Assembly: GCA_022813865.1 (NCBI GenBank)
Contig: JALDZX010000065.1
Coordinates: 1 to 64,000, forward strand
DNA length: 64,000 nucleotides
Origin: Xylographa opegraphella
Taxonomy: Eukaryota
Direction of reading: 5' to 3'
Of the stretch, positions 63,744-64,000 are shown one piece after another; positions within the stretch are counted from its first letter, which is position 1, and every line of letters starts with the position of its first letter. The notes under the pieces were generated by a model. That model made no database searches. It worked only from the letters and a program-made list of their open reading frames with translations, and was not told the DNA's origin. The translations under genes and the position numbers were made by a program.

Positions 63744-64000
63744 GTTGTGTTTGCCGCAGGAATGTGGCTCGAGATCAAGTGAAGTCTAAAATCCGGGGTA
63801 AGCTAGTCGAGCTTAGGGATAGGTCCTATACGCCGATAGACATCCTGCACTAACTCTCCATCTTTATCAATGCACCTTCGCCATCTCCACCTCTCCTCCA
63901 TCACACCCTACTCTCACGCCTCACACCTCCAAGCCATCCTCGTCCGCCGCCATCTCGACCACAAAGCCCTCACCCTCCCGCTCCGCCCCTCCGCTCCCGT

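Overview
Gene-dense eukaryotic DNA from a filamentous ascomycete (Pezizomycotina), judged from short GT..CTRAC..YAG introns and fungal protein families. About 24 protein-coding loci are supported. Recognisable ones are an aquaporin, a PA-TM-RING E3 ligase, an EI24/Rrt8-like protein, a lactonase, a dehydrin-like repeat protein, a Gfo/Idh/MocA oxidoreductase, an AlkB-type dioxygenase, HSP88/SSE1, RPS27, an LRR protein, SSZ1, RRP40 and POP7. There is also a decayed chromodomain Ty3/Gypsy relic and a 27-N assembly gap. The standout signal is an otherwise perfect tRNA-Glu(TTC) gene (45916-46041) whose T-stem is interrupted by a 54-nt insert with all hallmarks of a spliceosomal intron (GTAAAT...CTAAC...CTAG); removing it restores a flawless 72-nt cloverleaf. 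Other highlights are (i) a protein apparently combining a HeLo-like N-terminus, a Cys-less LMW-PTP fold and a KH domain, (ii) a His-Cys-box nuclease gene with a single in-frame TAG inside its motif, next to a multi-stop pseudogene, and (iii) a stop-free 168-nt HSP88 intron that would encode a basic NLS-like insert if retained. All homology calls are by-eye motif recognition; no database searches were run.
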